64,000 bases of DNA. Source: Squalus acanthias. Taxonomy: Eukaryota. Location: contig CM059433.1 of assembly GCA_030390025.1 (NCBI GenBank), positions 23,376,001-23,440,000 on the forward strand, in the 5' to 3' direction. A program made the translations under genes and the position numbers. The notes under the pieces are model-generated. The model worked only from the letters and a program-made list of their open reading frames with translations. It was not told where the DNA came from and ran no database searches. Positions 62,151-64,000 of this stretch are shown here, piece after piece (position 1 is the first letter of the stretch; the number at the start of each line of letters is the position of its first letter).

Positions 62151-63070
62151 AAATAGACCAGTTATTAGTGCATGTTTTGGAGTACTCCAAAGAGTTTCAG
62201 CTTTTCAAATGTACAGTACAACTGCAGCCAAACCAGCCTCAAGTTCAGATGTAATTACTGTGCGTGAGATGGAGAAACTCTAGCCCTTGAACAGCTCACC
62301 TTGGCATTGGCTCAATGACCACAGATACCCTCTTCTTTGCTGGCAGTTGTCAAGCATTTGATGAGGTTGACTGCTCAAATAGAAGGAACATATAGGCAGC
62401 CTCAAGTGCTAGTGTGGCTGCTGTCCCATGGCTGATCTTGCATAGGTTTCCAGCTTTCATTACAATTGCGCACCAAGCAGTACTAATCTGATAAGCTGTT
62501 GCTCTCAAGGGATTGAACACAAAGAAAGTGAAGCCATTATCTAACACATGGCAAAAAAAATTAACGGTATCTTTTTTGATGATTATATGTCAAGAAATGT
62601 ACTTGAACATTACACCAGTTACTCATTGCAATTTCATAACTGACTAGTTTATCTGTGTAATTATACTAACTTTTAATTCTGAAGGGATACCTGGCTGTGA
62701 GGTGTTCATCTACTAATTATTAAATTTGCTATGTTGGGCGTAAATTTCATTTGAAACTCATTGCAAGTAGCTGTAGTACCTGTTACTGGGGGTGCTTTGA
62801 TGTGTATTTTTCAATGATAAAAGTGCTACACTCTGTGACACACAATAGTTGCTATTTCACTGTTAGAGTATTTGCAATCACAGGGTGATAATCTGGCCAA
62901 CGGGTTCCCATAAAACAGTTCAAAATACTTTCTGAAATGCTTTTTCATCCATCATTTCCTTTCTCAGCAATTAAAATTTCTAATATCCAAAAGCAAACAA
63001 AATTTAAAAAATTCTAAAAGTTACATATTTCACAATAGCACGATTACTTTATCCATTGAATTTTTTTACT

Positions 63071-63826
63071 GGGCCAAAAATTCGGCCCTTCCCGGGTGAG
63101 TACACAGTCCGTACTCACCCGTATTCATTCCCGAAGTGCCGGTTTCCTGCATGCACTGCACATGCACGGGAAACCGGAACATCCGGTCTGGTGAAGGGGG
63201 CGGTTCCTAGGTGAACCGCGTGCGCGGTAGAGGCTGCGCGCACGCAGCACACTTAGATTTTTTTTCAGGTTTCTACGGGAGGGTAAGTAGTGAACAACCT
63301 ACGCTTATAAAAAGGAGCCGTTTTCAACAAGGTAAGTGGTTAATTAAGTATAATTTTAAAAAAATTTCAACAGGTTTATCTTTTTTAGATACTTTAAAGA
63401 AAGGTAAGTTTATTTTTATCACTTTTAAAAAGTATTTTAATTTTTTCAAAAATTTAAATTTTTGTTTAAAGTGGTTAATTTATTTAACTATAGTTATTTT
63501 ATAAACGTGATGGTTTTTAAAAAAAATGTACTTTAAGTTTAGCTGTTCTTTTGGGGCCGATTTCAATTCACAGATTTGACAGGTCTCCTGTCAAATCTAT
63601 GAATGAAAGATGGTCTGCTGCCATTGGCTCTCCATGGCCCACGTGATCCCAGGGGATGCATCGCACTAACTGCGCCCCTGGGACACGCAAGCACTGAGCG
63701 CCGGCAGTTGGGAGAGGCCCAGGAGCTGAAGTTCCCGTGGGCCCAAAACACAACGGCAGGCGCGGTAGGTAAGTGCGCGCGCGATCCTTACCCCCGCGGC
63801 AAGCCGGAGAGGCGAATTTCAGGGCC
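63071..63826. mobile_element. Harbinger-type MITE family 3, copy 2
   Basis: GGGCCAAAAATTCG...CGAATTTCAGGGCC TIR, TSD ACT; collinear (inverted) with 45322-46064. Confidence 0.85.
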
Positions 63827-64000
63827 ACTATGTCTTTTAATGTCATCATTGAAGCTTTGACTTGAAGATCTAATCCTCTCTCAAAAACCTGGGATAAGAC
63901 TTAGCCCATAGTTGAGAGTTGAATTTGGATTGCGCAGTCTGAGAATGTACAATGTGTCTAATTTCCCAAGATACATTCGATCTCTTTCGCTAACTCCAAA

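Noticed and set aside
62299..62547. Minus-strand host exon bounded by AG/GTGAG
   Set aside because: All three frames hit stops before the donor, and the peptide is unrecognisable.

Overview
Repeat-dominated eukaryotic DNA, most likely from a cartilaginous fish (inferred from SacSINE1/DeuSINE-like SINEs and vertebrate CR1, L2 and RTE families). I found no supportable host-gene exon; every long ORF belongs to a mobile element. Contents: a near full-length CR1 LINE (esterase ORF1, APE-RT ORF2) and several truncated CR1s; L2 and RTE fragments; a full-length degenerate Tx1-clade LINE; a Zenon-like LINE; two PIF/Harbinger elements (HARBI1-type DDE transposase plus a convergent three-exon Myb/SANT gene), older Myb fossils and several Harbinger-type MITE families; at least seven solo-LTR-like TG...CA elements, six with exact 4-bp TSDs; many DeuSINE copies; and one AmnSINE2-like SINE. 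The most interesting signals are: (i) a five-level nested insertion at 30.8-43.5 kb in which the Tx1 LINE sits in the tRNA-derived A-box/D-arm of a SINE; (ii) a covarying tRNA-T-arm-like hairpin module just downstream of the polyA signal, shared by two different LTR families; (iii) a MITE family with covarying palindromes and conserved arrays of perfect GGTAAGT splice donors; (iv) a cryptic ~41-bp ATATTCATGA repeat array. Family names come from motif recognition, not database searches.
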